From the human T2T-CHM13v2.0 reference genome, Homo sapiens, in NCBI RefSeq assembly GCF_009914755.1, contig NC_060947.1: a stretch of 64,000 bases of DNA, one strand, 5' to 3'. This document shows positions 42,395-54,631 of this stretch, piece after piece. A program made the position numbers and the translations under genes. The notes under the pieces were generated by a model. It was not told the origin of the DNA. It worked only from the letters and a program-made list of their open reading frames with translations, and ran no database searches. Numbering within the stretch: position 1 is the stretch's first letter; each line of letters begins with the position of its first letter.

Positions 42395-43065
42395 ATGAAT
42401 AAATGGCCAAAAACTCAGCCAAGTAAAATATAAAAAGAAAAATAATTAGGTAGAACTTTTCTTACCAAATGTCAATAATTAATATAAAGCTATAGTAATT
42501 AAAATAGTGTGATCTTGATTTAGGCATGGACAAATGGAGACTGGCACATATTAAATGGCCTCAAAACAGACCCACAGAGTTATGGTAAGTTATCATATGA
42601 TAGATGTGAAACTACTATACAGTGGTGAGAGATTCAGCTATTCAATAAATGGTATTTATTGGGAAAGTTTGTGATTTATATGAAAAGAGATAACCTTCAT
42701 CCCTATTTCATATTACACATGAAAAATAATTTTCATTTTGTCATTAACGGACTAAATGTGAAAAAGAAAGCTTAAAATATTTAGAAGAAAATTTAAGTGG
42801 ATACCTTTGTAATCTCAGGATAACAAATCATCTCTTAAAAATACACAAAGTTACAAATTATAAAGAAAAAGATGGACACAGGTGATTATAGTAAAATCAT
42901 AAATTTGTATATGTGAAAAGACATGATGAACAACTAAAACAAATAGATGTTACTTCTCATAATGTTTGAAAAAGAATTAACTCAGTAATATCAAGTGATG
43001 GTGAAGATGTGAGGAAACACACACATCATTGGTGTGAGTGTATATTAACACACTCACAGCCTTGA

Positions 43066-46000
43066 GAGGTAGAGCAAAACGGTAGACTAGAAGGCTCCAC
43101 CAGTTGTCCCCCCCCAGACAAGGACACCAACTTAACAACCACCTACACAACAAAAGCACCTGATTTTTGGTCCTTATGAAGGTACTTTTGTTGTGTAGGT
43201 AGTCGGTAAATAACTCTCATATCACTGAAAGAGGCACTGAAGGGGTAGGAAAAACAATCTTAAATTGCCAATGCCTTTCCTATTCACCGGCAGTGGTGAC
43301 ATGGTTCAGAAAGCATTTCTGTGCCCTGGAGAGATGGAGAGCCAGCAATTTTGAGGCATTGAATTCAGTCTAGCCCTTGTTATACCAGAAAGCAAAGAAT
43401 GGACCAAACTCAGCTGATACCTACCCATGGAGGAAGCATTTAAACCAGCCATAGCCAGAGGGGAGTCATCAATTCCAGTGGTTGGAACTTGAGTTCCTGC
43501 AAGCCTTGTCACAGTGGGCTAAAGCATTCCAGGACCCCAAATAAACTTGAAAGGCAATCTAGGCCACAAGGACTGTAAAACCTAGGTGAGTCCTAGGGCC
43601 GAACCGGGCCCAGAGAGAGTGAACTGGGTTGGGCATGCAACCAATGTAGACACCAGCCAGGGCAGCTAAGGAAGTGCTGGCATCACCCATTCCTTAACCC
43701 CAGTCTGCACAGCTCTTGTCTTCAAAAGAAACTCTTTCCTTCTGCTTTAGAGTAAGAGATGGAAGAGTTGTGGACTTAGTCTTGCATCTTAGAAACCAGC
43801 TCAGCCACAGAAGAATAGGACACTAGTCAGAGTCATGAAGCCCCTTTTTAGGCTCTAGCTATCAAACATTTCTAGACACACTTTGGGCCAGAAGAGAACT
43901 GATTGCCTAGAAAGGAAGGAACTAGTCCTGGCAGCATTCATCACCTGCTAACTAAAGAGCTCTTGGACCCTGAATAACCAGCAGCAATACCCAGGTACTA
44001 TGACAGGAACCTTGGGTTAGATGCTAAGACTTGCTGGCCACTGGCAAGACTCAACACATTCCCAGCTGTGGCGGCTACAGCATGAGAGTCCTTCTATGTG
44101 AGAAAAGCAGAGGAAAAAGCAAAGGGAAATTTGTCTTGAATCTTATGTACCCACTTGGCTACAGTAAGGCAGAGCACCAAGTGGGATCTTGGGGTCACCA
44201 TTTCCAGGACTGGCTCTTGGACAGCATTTCTGGACCTGCCCTGGGCTATAGGGGAGCCCACTGCCCTGAAGGATGGGTCCCAGGCTAGGAGACACTCACC
44301 ATAAGCTGACCAAAGAGCCCTTGGTCCTTAAGGGAACATTGGCAGTAGTCTGGCATTACTCCCAGTGGGCCTGAGGTGATGGTGGCCATGGGGTGAAGCT
44401 CCTCTGTCTTTGGAAAGAGGAGAGAAGAGTGACAAAAACTGCATCTTGTGGCTTGATTGCCAGCTCAGCCACAATACGATAGAACACTGGATGGATTTCT
44501 ATGGTTTTTGACTGTCCCTAAGAATATATCTTAAAAAAATGAGAAAAGCAAGAGCTAACCAATCCCCAAATTAGTAGAAGATATATAATAAGTATCAGAG
44601 CAGAAATATATAAAATAGAAATAAAAAATACGAAAGACCAATGAAACAAAAAGTTGGTATTTGAAATGCTAAACATAATTGACAAAGCTGTAGCCAGATT
44701 ATCTAAGAAGACAAGAGAGAAGATACATATAAATAAAATCAGAGATGAAAAAGGAGACATTACAACTGATACTGCAGAAATTCAAAGGGTCATTCAGGGC
44801 TACTATGAGCAATTATATGGAAATACATTGGAAAATTTAGAAGAAATGGGCAAATTTCTTAGAAATATACAACCTACCCATATTGAACCAGGGATAAATC
44901 CAAAACCTGAACAGACCAATTATAAGTAATGTGATCAAAGTCATAATAAAAATTCTTCCAGTAAAGGAAAGGCTGGGAACCAATGGCTTCAGTGCTGAAT
45001 TCTAGCAAACATGTTAAGAACTAATACAATCCTACTCAAACCATTTTGAAAAATAGAGTAGGAGGAAGGACTTCCAAACTCACTCTACAAGGCCAATATT
45101 ATCCTGATAACAAAACCAGACAAAGACACATCAAAAACAAACAGACAAACTATATGCCAATATCTCTGATGAATACTTATGCAAAAATTCTCAATAAAAT
45201 ATTAGCAAACCAAATTTATTAATATATTATAAAGCTCATTCATCAAGACCAAGTGGGATTTATCCCAGAGAGGCAAGGATGGTTCAGAATATGCATATCA
45301 ATTAATGTGTTACATCAAATCAACAGAATAAATTAAAAAATCAATATGATCACTTCAATTGATGCTGAAAAAGAATTTGATGAAATTCAACATCTGTTCC
45401 TGATTTAAAAAACCCTAAAAAAAGTGCCCATGAAGGGAACATACCTCAACATAATAAAAACCATGTATGACAGACCCACAGCAAGTTTCATACTGAATGG
45501 GGAAAAACTGAAAGGCTTTTTTTCCAAGATCTGGAACATGACAAGAATGCCCACTTGCACCATTGTTATTCAACACAGTACTGGAAATCCTACCTAAAGT
45601 GATCAAACTAGAGAAAGAAACAAAGGGCATCCAAATTGGAAAGGAAGAAGTCAAATTATCCTATCTAATATGTGGAAAAATCTAAAGATGCCATAAGAAC
45701 ACTATTAGAACCGATAAATTCATTAAAGTTGCAGGATACAAAATTAACACACAAAAATCAGTAGCCTATCTATAGGCCCACAACGGACAATGTGAGAAAG
45801 AAATTTAAAAAGTAATTTCATTTACAGTAGCCACAAATAAAATTAAATACCTAGGAATTAACTTAGCCAGAGAGGAGTAAAATCTCTATAATGGAAACTA
45901 TAAAACACTGATGAACGAAATTGAGGAGGACACCACAAATGGAAAGTTATTCCATGTTCATGGATTGGAAGAATGTTGTTCAAATGTCCATACTACCCAA

Positions 46001-47765
46001 AGCAATCTACAGATTCAATGCAATCTGTATCAAAATACCAATGACATTCTTCACAGAAATAGAAAAAAATTATCCTAAAATTTATAAAAACCACAAAAGA
46101 CCTAGTATAGCCAAAGCTATCTTGAGCAAAAAGTGCAAAACTCAGGGGAATCACATTACCTGACTTCAAATTATGCTACTGAGCTGTAGTAATCAAAACA
46201 GCATGGTACCAGCATAAAAGCAGACACACAGACCAATGAAACAGAGTAGAGAACCCAGAAACAAATTCACACACTCACAGCAAACTCATTTTCAATAAAG
46301 TTGCTAAGAACATACACTGGGGGAAAGACAGTCTCTTCTATAAGTGGTGACAGAAAAACTGGATATCCATAGGCAGAGTGAAACTAGACCACTATCTTTT
46401 GCCATATAAAAATTAAATCAAAATGGATTAAAGAACAAATACCAAAGAATTAACATACAGAGAAAAATGATGGTCCAATACTTCAAACTGTAAAACTACC
46501 ACAAGAAAACGTTGAGGAAACTGTCCAGACATTTGTCTGTGCAAAGATTTCTTGAGTAATACCCCACAAGCACAGGCAACCAAAGCAAAAATGGAAAATG
46601 GCATCACATTAAGTTAAAAAGCTTCTGCACAACAAAGGATACAGTTAGCAAAGTAAAGAGAAAACCCCATAGACTGGGAGGAAATATTTGCAAACCACCC
46701 ATCTGACCAGGGATTCATAACCAGAATATATAAGAAGATCAAACAACTCAACATGAAAAAAACTAATAACTCTATTTTTAAAAGGGCCAAAGATTTGAAT
46801 AGACATTTGTCAAAAGAAGACATACAAGTGGCAAACAGACATATGAAAAGTTGCTCAACATTACTGATCATCAGAGAAATGCAAATCAAAACTACAATGA
46901 GCTATCATCTCACCCCAGTTAAAATGGTTTATATCCAAAAGACAGGCAATAGGAAATGCTTTCACGGATATGGAGAAAAGGCAACACTGTTCACTGTTGG
47001 TGGGAATGTAAATTAGTATAACCACTATGGATAATAGTTTGGAGATTTCTAAAAAAACTAACAATTGAGCTACCATATGATCCAGCAATTCCACTGCTGG
47101 GTATATAACTAAAAGTAAGGAAGTCAATATGTCAAAGATATATTTGCATTCTCATGTTTGTTGCAGCTCTGTTCACAATCACCAAGATTTGGAATCAACC
47201 TAAGTGTCCATCAACAGATTAATGGATAAAGAAAATGTGGTACTTATACATAATGGAGTACTACTCAGCCATAAAAAAGAATAAAATTCAGTCACTTGCA
47301 ACAACATGGGTTGTTGAAGGTCATTATGTTAAGTGAAATGAGCTAAGCACAGAAAGACAACCATCACATGTTCTTACTTATTTGTGGCATCTTTAGATAC
47401 CAAAAATCAAAATTGGATTCATGAACACAGAGAGTAGAAGGATGATTACTAGAGCCTGAGAAGGGTAGTGGGAATTGGGCATGAGTTGGGGATGGTTAAT
47501 GGGTACAAACAATAGAAACAATGAATTAAACCTAATATTTAATAGTATAACAGGGTGACTAGAGTTAAAAAACTTAATTGTACATTTACAAATAGCTAAA
47601 AGAATATAATTGGATTGTTTTTAACAAAAAGCATAAATACTTGAGGGGATGGGTACCCCATTCTTCATGATGTGATTATTACTCATTCCATGCCTGTATC
47701 AAAGCATCTCATACCTCATAATTGTATACATCTGCTATCTACCCACAGAAATTAAAAAATAAAAT
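43066..47765 (+). mobile_element. L1MA2-like element: 5' UTR joined to ORF2 at ~44517 (ORF1 and EN domain deleted), intact 3' UTR
   Basis: L1M1-type 5' start, ORF2 fragments ([40 protein letters not shown]), L1MA2-type 3' end. Confidence 0.85.
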
Positions 47766-48290
47766 GTCATTCCTCAACAACAACAACAAAACAAATATTT
47801 TATGGGCCAATTAAGCAATAGCTAGTGAAGTTGAAGATGCACTCATCCTAGGACTCAGAAATTCCACTTTTAATCAGAACAAAAGCTACTCAGGGTCACT
47901 GGTCTGAGGACTATTTTTTATCTGTCTTCCATGAGATAAGGAGCCTGTGTCAAAGTGTAAATTAATTCAGTGCTTTCTTTATTGAGAAATTCTTATTATG
48001 AAAATAATTATCAACTGAATTATATAGTAAATTTAGTTAGCATGTTGATTTGCATTCTGGGACCAGCTCCTTATCTCGTTACAGACATGTAACTATCAGT
48101 TAATGGATTAGCACTGATCTAAAGACCACATTTTAAGTAGCATGGACCTAGGTAAAAATCTTGAAAGTATTCACAAGGAGATAATTTTGTAATATCTTCA
48201 ATTTGGAAACAACATATATGCCCATCAATAAATAAATGGATAAACAAATATTACAAGGTGATTAAAATAATATACTAGATATTCAATTAT

Positions 48291-48712
48291 TGTGATATAC
48301 TACCTGACTTCATTTTTTTTGTTTGACTGCTGACAGTTTTCAAGACCCACCACTCCCTCTTTCCCTCATGCCCACTCCTGGCCAAGCTGATAAGAAAGCC
48401 CTGGGGCTCCACCTTTAGTACTGGCAGGAAGTTTAAAGCATGCAAACCTTGGCCCATGAACAGAAACCTCATTGCAGCCACAGCCCCTAATCACAATAAA
48501 AGCCAAGACAGTCTTCTTTCTCAGCTCTCTGAAATAGTTTTCAGTTCAGGTTGGGAGCTTTCACTGCTCTCCTCAGAAAGTCTCATTATAAAAGTATAAT
48601 AAACCTTTTAGTACTCTCTTGGTGCGTATGTGCTAGCATCACCACAGTTTTAATATGTGAGCCAAATTTTGGATGAAGGAGTTCATCCTACTTATGCAGA
48701 ATGACCATGTCA
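48291..48712 (+). mobile_element. ERVL solo LTR (MER54-like)
   Basis: TG...CA termini, caagctgataagaaagccc core, aataaacctttt poly(A) signal. Confidence 0.6.
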
Positions 48713-49363
48713 ACTAATAATATGAATAAATCTGGAACACAGCATTAAGGAAAAAAAATTTGCAAAAACAAATTGAAAGCTGTATGTAAAGTTTAAGAAC
48801 ACAAATAATATTTTATGTTCTTATGAATGATATACATATGACTCTATTATTCTCTCTGTCTTCCTTCAAGTTTCCATATACTTGTCACCTTATCAGAGAG
48901 GCTGTTGTTAACTACTATAATGGCTCCCTTTGAGTAAGGGTAGAGAGAAGAATGGAAAGGTAACATTATTTAAAAAATACAGCTCAGACAAATATCTCAA
49001 AATATTGTTCGTTAAATATGATAATTGATATGCTGTGTATGTTAGGTCTTTATATATCTACAATTATCTTAAAATTAGAAAAAATATTTTAAAATGAAAT
49101 AATGAATTAATTGCCACAAATTATTGATTTACCTCCATTCTTTTATCAAATGAATTTACTGAAAATTCTACCTCATAGGTCTCAGAATCTTATGCCATCC
49201 TTATCAGATAGGGCCCTGATTTTAGCATATGAGACCTGTCAAGCTGCATATTTTATCTCTTTGTATCTCTGTTATCCTTACAATTAAATCCTATATTTGT
49301 TTTTTAGCAGTCTGCCTTAGGACTGCAGAAGATGAGGATCTTGCTAAATACTGCCATAGTAGC

Positions 49364-49817
49364 TGTGGTGGGTTGAATAGTGGCCCTAAAAGCTTGCCAA
49401 AGTTCTAATTCTTGGTACCTATAAATGTGATCTTTTTTGGTAATGGGTTGTCTGCAGATGTAATTAAGTTAAGGCTCTCAAGATGAGATCATCCAGGATT
49501 TAGGGTGGCCACTAAATTCAATTATGAGTATACTTAGACATATAGGAGAAAACACAGAGATACATGGGGGAAGGTCAAATGAAGATGGAGGCAGAGACTG
49601 GAGTCACACACTTACAAGCCTAAGAATGCCAAGACTTGCTGGCAGCCACTAGGAACTAGGAGAGAGTTCTGAGATAGTTTCTTTCTTAGAGCCTCCAGAA
49701 GAACCCAATGCTTCTGACACCTTGATTTCAGAATTCTGACTTCCAGAACTGTCAGGAAATAGATTTCTATTCTCAGACTGTGGTAATATTTTATGGAATC
49801 CTTAGAAAACTAATATA
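49364..49817 (+). mobile_element. MLT1C-like solo LTR
   Basis: tgtggtgggttgaatagtggccc start; gaaaactaatata end. Confidence 0.85.
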
Positions 49818-49974
49818 TTGGCCTCATGCATTCCATGTTTGTTTTGAGTTGTTAATGGGTGACTTGAGCCTGTCATTCTCTTTTTATTAAGGTATTCAAG
49901 AAAATAAACAAAAGCCAGACAACTCCACAATCCTTATATTTACTATTGATTTCATATTGCTCTAGTGTTATTGC

Positions 49975-50745
49975 TGCTACATAAACCCAGTACTTCCTGA
50001 GTCTGGTTCGTAGATGAGACAACTCAGTATGTTGGTGGAAGCAAGCAATTGATTGCTGGTATGCTATCACACCACTCAGGGGTGGCTTTGTAGAACAGTA
50101 GTGAGGGAAATCTCCCCAATGATAAGATCTCCTCAAATCTCCCATGCCTATTGTCAATGGAGAGAAAACTGCCTAGAGTTAAGAATGTAGGGGCTCATAG
50201 TCAATGGTCAGTGACATATTGGATTGGTTAGAGATATGGAAGAAGCAAAATTGGAAGGTCAGAGACAAGGAGTTCTGGGCAACAGACATTTTAATGGACC
50301 AATGGAAATGGCATAAACTGGTGTGAAACTGCATGTTTTGTGTTAATGCCTAAGAAAACGTCTACCACAGAGAGGCACTGAACAACCAGATAGATAGACT
50401 AACTCATTCAGTGAAAATTAGTCGTCATTTGTACTTGACCATCCCTGAGTGGTGGCACATTGGGCACATGAACAGAACAACCACGATGGCAGCGATGGAG
50501 GCTCTGCCCAAGTTCAACTGTATGACTCCTTCACACAAATTATGATCTAGCTGCTCTCTCTACTAAATTCTGACCTGTCTGAATGTCAGCAGTTAATGTT
50601 GAGCTTTTGAGTTGGTAAAATCTCTCAAGGAAATGAACCAGACATTTGTGACAAATTCATTATATCAGACCCCCTCAACATTGGAAGGGGCAGTGATTAT
50701 TCTTTTCCAGAATTAACAGTAACATGAAAAATGAATTGGTTTTTC
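49975..50745 (+). pseudogene. ERV-L class pol remnant (RNase H to integrase N-terminus)
   Basis: Degenerate codons for WFxD..., SGVAL..EGKS.Q, NNQ.D and WAHEQ..H.G.DG (integrase HHCC start); many stops and frameshifts. Confidence 0.7.
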
Positions 50746-50789
50746 CAACTCCATACAATAAATCTTAAACTCCTCAATTCTCCTGAAGC

Positions 50790-53720
50790 CTCAGGAATGA
50801 CTAGTGCTTGATTTTGGCCCATTCAAAGAAAAATATAAATAGACAGAAACCATCCCTGAGGAACCACACACATTGGACTTACTAGACAAAGACATTAAAT
50901 CAAAAGTTTCAAACATGTTCAATGCTAAATGAAACCATAAAAATGAACTAAAGAATAATAGCAAGATGATGTATGAACAAACTGAAAATATCAATAAAGA
51001 GATAGAAGTTACAGTAGGAAACCAAACAAATTTGGGAGCTGAAAAGCACAATAACTGAAATGAAAAAAATTGCTAGAGAAGTTCAACAGTAGATTTGGGC
51101 AGGCAGAAGGAAGACTCAGCAAACTTCAAGACAGGCCAACTAAAATGATCTAGTCTGAGGAGCGGAAAGAAAAAAGAATGAGAAAAGTGAACATAGCCTA
51201 ATGCACCTGTAGCATCAAGCAAAACAACATATGCATATGAAAGTCACAGAAGAAGAAGGAAAGTTAGAAAATTCCTTGAAATGAATGAAAAAAGAAAACC
51301 ACAATACAGGAAAATTTATGAGATGCAGCTAAAGGAGTGCTTAGATGTCAAGTTATAGCTGTAAACTTGTACAGTAAAAAAGAAATATCTAAAATCAGCA
51401 AGTAACCTAACTATGCAGCTTAAGGAACTAGCATGTCTAGAACAAGATACATAGTACTGGAACATAGTACTGGAAGTTCTAGCCGAAGTAATTAGTCAAG
51501 AAAAAGAAAGAAAAGGCATCCAATAAAAAGGAAGAGGTATAATTATCTGCATTTGCAGATGGCAAAATCTTATATCTAGAAAACCCATAAGAATTCACAA
51601 AAGAACCTGTTAGAGCTAAAACAGTCAGCAAAATTGTAGGATACAAAGCAAACATGCAAATATCAATTGTATTTCTACACACTAATAATGAATAATGTAC
51701 AGAGGGAATTAAAGCAATAATTTCATTTACGATATTATCAAAAATACATATAAACAAACTTTCCAAGAAGTTTAAAATTTGTACACTGAAACCTATGAAA
51801 CATTACTGACAGAAATTAAAGAAGACCTAAATAAATGGAGAGACATTCTATATTCGTGGATTTGAAGATTTAATACTACTCAGATGACTATACTGCCAAA
51901 GCAATCCACAAATTCAGTGCAATCCCAGTAAAATCCCAATTGCATTTTTTTTACAGAAATGAGAAAACCCATTCTAAAATTCATATGGAATTTGAAGAGA
52001 CCCACCATAGTCAAAAAATATTGGAAAAGAACAAAATTGGAGGACCCACACTTCCTGATTTCAAAACTTATTACAAAGCTACAGTAATCAAAGTAGTGTC
52101 ATACTGGCTTAAAAGTGTACATATATACCAATAGAATAGAATTGACAGTCCAGAAATAAACCCATATATCTATGGTCAATGTAATTTTTACAAGGAAGCC
52201 AAGACTATTCAATGAGGGAAAGAACAGTCTATTTAACAAATGGTGCTAGGGGAACTGAATATACACATGTAGAAGAATGAAGTTGGACCCTTACCTTACA
52301 TCATACACAAAAATTAACTAAAATGTCAATTGAAGAGCAAAAACTGTAAAGCTCTTAGAAGGAAACACAGGGGAAAATATGTAGGCTCTTGGATTTGATA
52401 ATGGCTTCTTAAATACAACACCAGAAATGCAGGCTAAAAAATTAAAAATGGACACATTTGACTTCATCAAAATTAAAAACTTTTGTACCTGAAAGGACAC
52501 TATCAAGAGACTGAACAGCACTGTTCACAATAGCAAAGACTTGGAACCAACCCAAATGCCCATCAATGATAGACTGGATAAAGAAAATGTGGCACATATA
52601 CACCATGGAATACTATGCAGCCACAAAAAAGGATGAGTTCATGTCCTTTGCAGGGACGTGGATGAAGCTGGAAACCATCATTCTCAGCAAACTAACACAA
52701 GAACAGAAAACCAAACACCACATGTTCTCGCCCTTAAGTGGGATTTGAACAATGAGAACACAGGGACACAGGGAGGGGAACATCACACACCGGGGCCTCT
52801 CGGGGTGGTGTGGGGCCAGGGGAGGGATAGCATTCGGAGAAATACTTAATGTAGATGACGTGTTGATGGGTGCAGGAAACCACATGGCACGTGTATACCT
52901 GTGTAACAAACCTGCACGTTCTGCACATGTACCCCAGAACTTAAAATATAATAATAATAATAATAAAAATAAAAGAAAGGCACACTAGTTGGCTTAACCC
53001 AAAAGAAAAAAAAAGAGCGTGAACAGCAACTTAGAGGATGGGAGAAAATACTAACAAATTATATATCTGAGAGGGACTTAATATACACAATATATAAGAA
53101 ACTCCTACATCTCAACAACAAAAAGACAAAAAACCCAATTAAGAAATGGGCAAAGGGCTTGAATAGACATTTCTCCAAAGAAGATACACAAATGGTCAAT
53201 AGGCACATGAAAAAATGCTCAATATCATTAGTCGTTAGGAAAATGCAAATAAAAACCAAACTGAAATACCACTTCAAATCAGTCTATGGCATTTTTATGG
53301 CAGCCTGAGCTGATTAAGACACCATATAATTGACCATTATTCAGCCATAAAAAGGAATAAAATTCTGATACATGCTACAACATGGACAAACATTGAAAAC
53401 ATTATGCTGTGTGAAATAAACCAAACACAAAATGACAAATATTGTATGACTTCCCATATAGAAAATATACAAGATAGGCAATTTCATTGAAACAGAAAGT
53501 AGATTAGAGGTTATAAGGGATTGATGGAAAAGTGTATGTGGAGTTATTCATTAATGAGTATAGAGTTTCTGTGTGGAGTGATAAAAAATTTCAGAAATAG
53601 ATCATGGTGATAGTTGCACAACATTGTGAATATAATTAATGTCACTGAATTGTACACTTAAAAATGATTAAAATGGTAAATTTAATGTTATATATGTTTT
53701 GCCACTGTAAAACAAAAACA
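50790..53720 (+). mobile_element. L1MB-type element with several internal deletions
   Basis: ORF1 remnant ~50800-51260, ORF2 pieces (TLPDFKTYYKATVIK), L1MB 3' UTR. Confidence 0.8.
52521..53012 (+). mobile_element. 5'-truncated L1PA6/7-like insertion with extra 3' sequence
   Basis: ORF2 end MIDWIKKMWHIY..., 3' UTR. TSD aagagactgaacagca (52505-52520) / aagagcgtgaacagca (53013-53028). Confidence 0.9.
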
Positions 53721-53869
53721 AATAGAAAAAAAAGAGGGCAGTGGGAAAACATTACTGGTTGTCAAAGGAAGGGAACATGCCTCTCTCAATTATTAATGCT
53801 CTATATACAAAATTGGTGAGTAATTTTAGAATGGCATGTATTGCTCTATAAAGACTGTCGTTATGCTTT

Positions 53870-54060
53870 AAATGTGGTTCCAATCTTTTGGTGTACACCT
53901 GGAGGTAGAGAACTTGTTACAAATATAGAGTCCCAGAAATTTGCTTCAAGATATTTAGGTTCAGTAGATATGAGCTGAAGCTCAGGGTTTTGCAGTTTAA
54001 TAAACACTGCAGACAATTTTGATGAAAGTGATACACAGCCAATGCTTTGAGAAACAATGC
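53870..54060. mobile_element. MER5-type hAT-Charlie MITE
   Basis: ttgcagtttaataaacac...ctttgagaaacaatg end. Confidence 0.5.
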
Positions 54061-54379
54061 TATAAATGATGGTTAGGTCCTCAGTTGGGACTATAGAAGT
54101 GTATTTATCTCCAAATGTATGTGGATATAGTAACATTTCAGTAATGCCTAACCATCATTTCTAATTTTATTCAACAAAATGTGTCCTAATATCCTTTCTA
54201 TAGTGTTGAATAGGCAATAATAATTTTCTAGCTCTATACATTTTCATATATAATAGTTACCTTTTTAAGTAAGTCTCAAGTCAAACACTCTAATTTGTAT
54301 TCAACAGACAGATAACATATCCAGTTTAGGATATTATAGAGGACTTTCAGAATTCACTTGTATTGTTATAGGTTATTTT

Positions 54380-54631
54380 TAAAGTCAACTTTTATTTTAG
54401 ATACAGGAGGTATATGTGCAGATTTGTTATGTGCATATATTGCATCCAGGGAGTGAGGCTAGCACCCCATAGGTACTTTTTCAACCCGCACTTTCTTCCC
54501 TCCTTCTCCCCTCTAGTAGTTGGTGTCTGTTGTTTCCATGTTTATGTCCATGCGTACTCAATGTTTAGCTCCCACTTACAAGTGAGAAAGTGCAGTATTT
54601 TATTTTCTGTTCCAGCATTATTTGCTTAAGA
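54380..54631 (-). mobile_element. Short L1 3' end (L1PA16-like)
   Basis: Antisense 3' UTR; TSD tataggttattt / tataggtcattt. Confidence 0.8.

Larger units (their letters stand above)
38470..49100 (+). mobile_element. Very old L1 (L1ME-like) host element, fragmented by later insertions
   Basis: A-rich decayed ORF2 DNA at ~39450-41080 and ~41790-43060, and 3' parts at ~47800-49100, in colinear order. Confidence 0.6.

Noticed and set aside
51449-51474. acatagtactgga direct repeat (and accagtttgtggt x2 at ~38409-38433)
   Set aside because: Ordinary short slippage duplications near deletion junctions.
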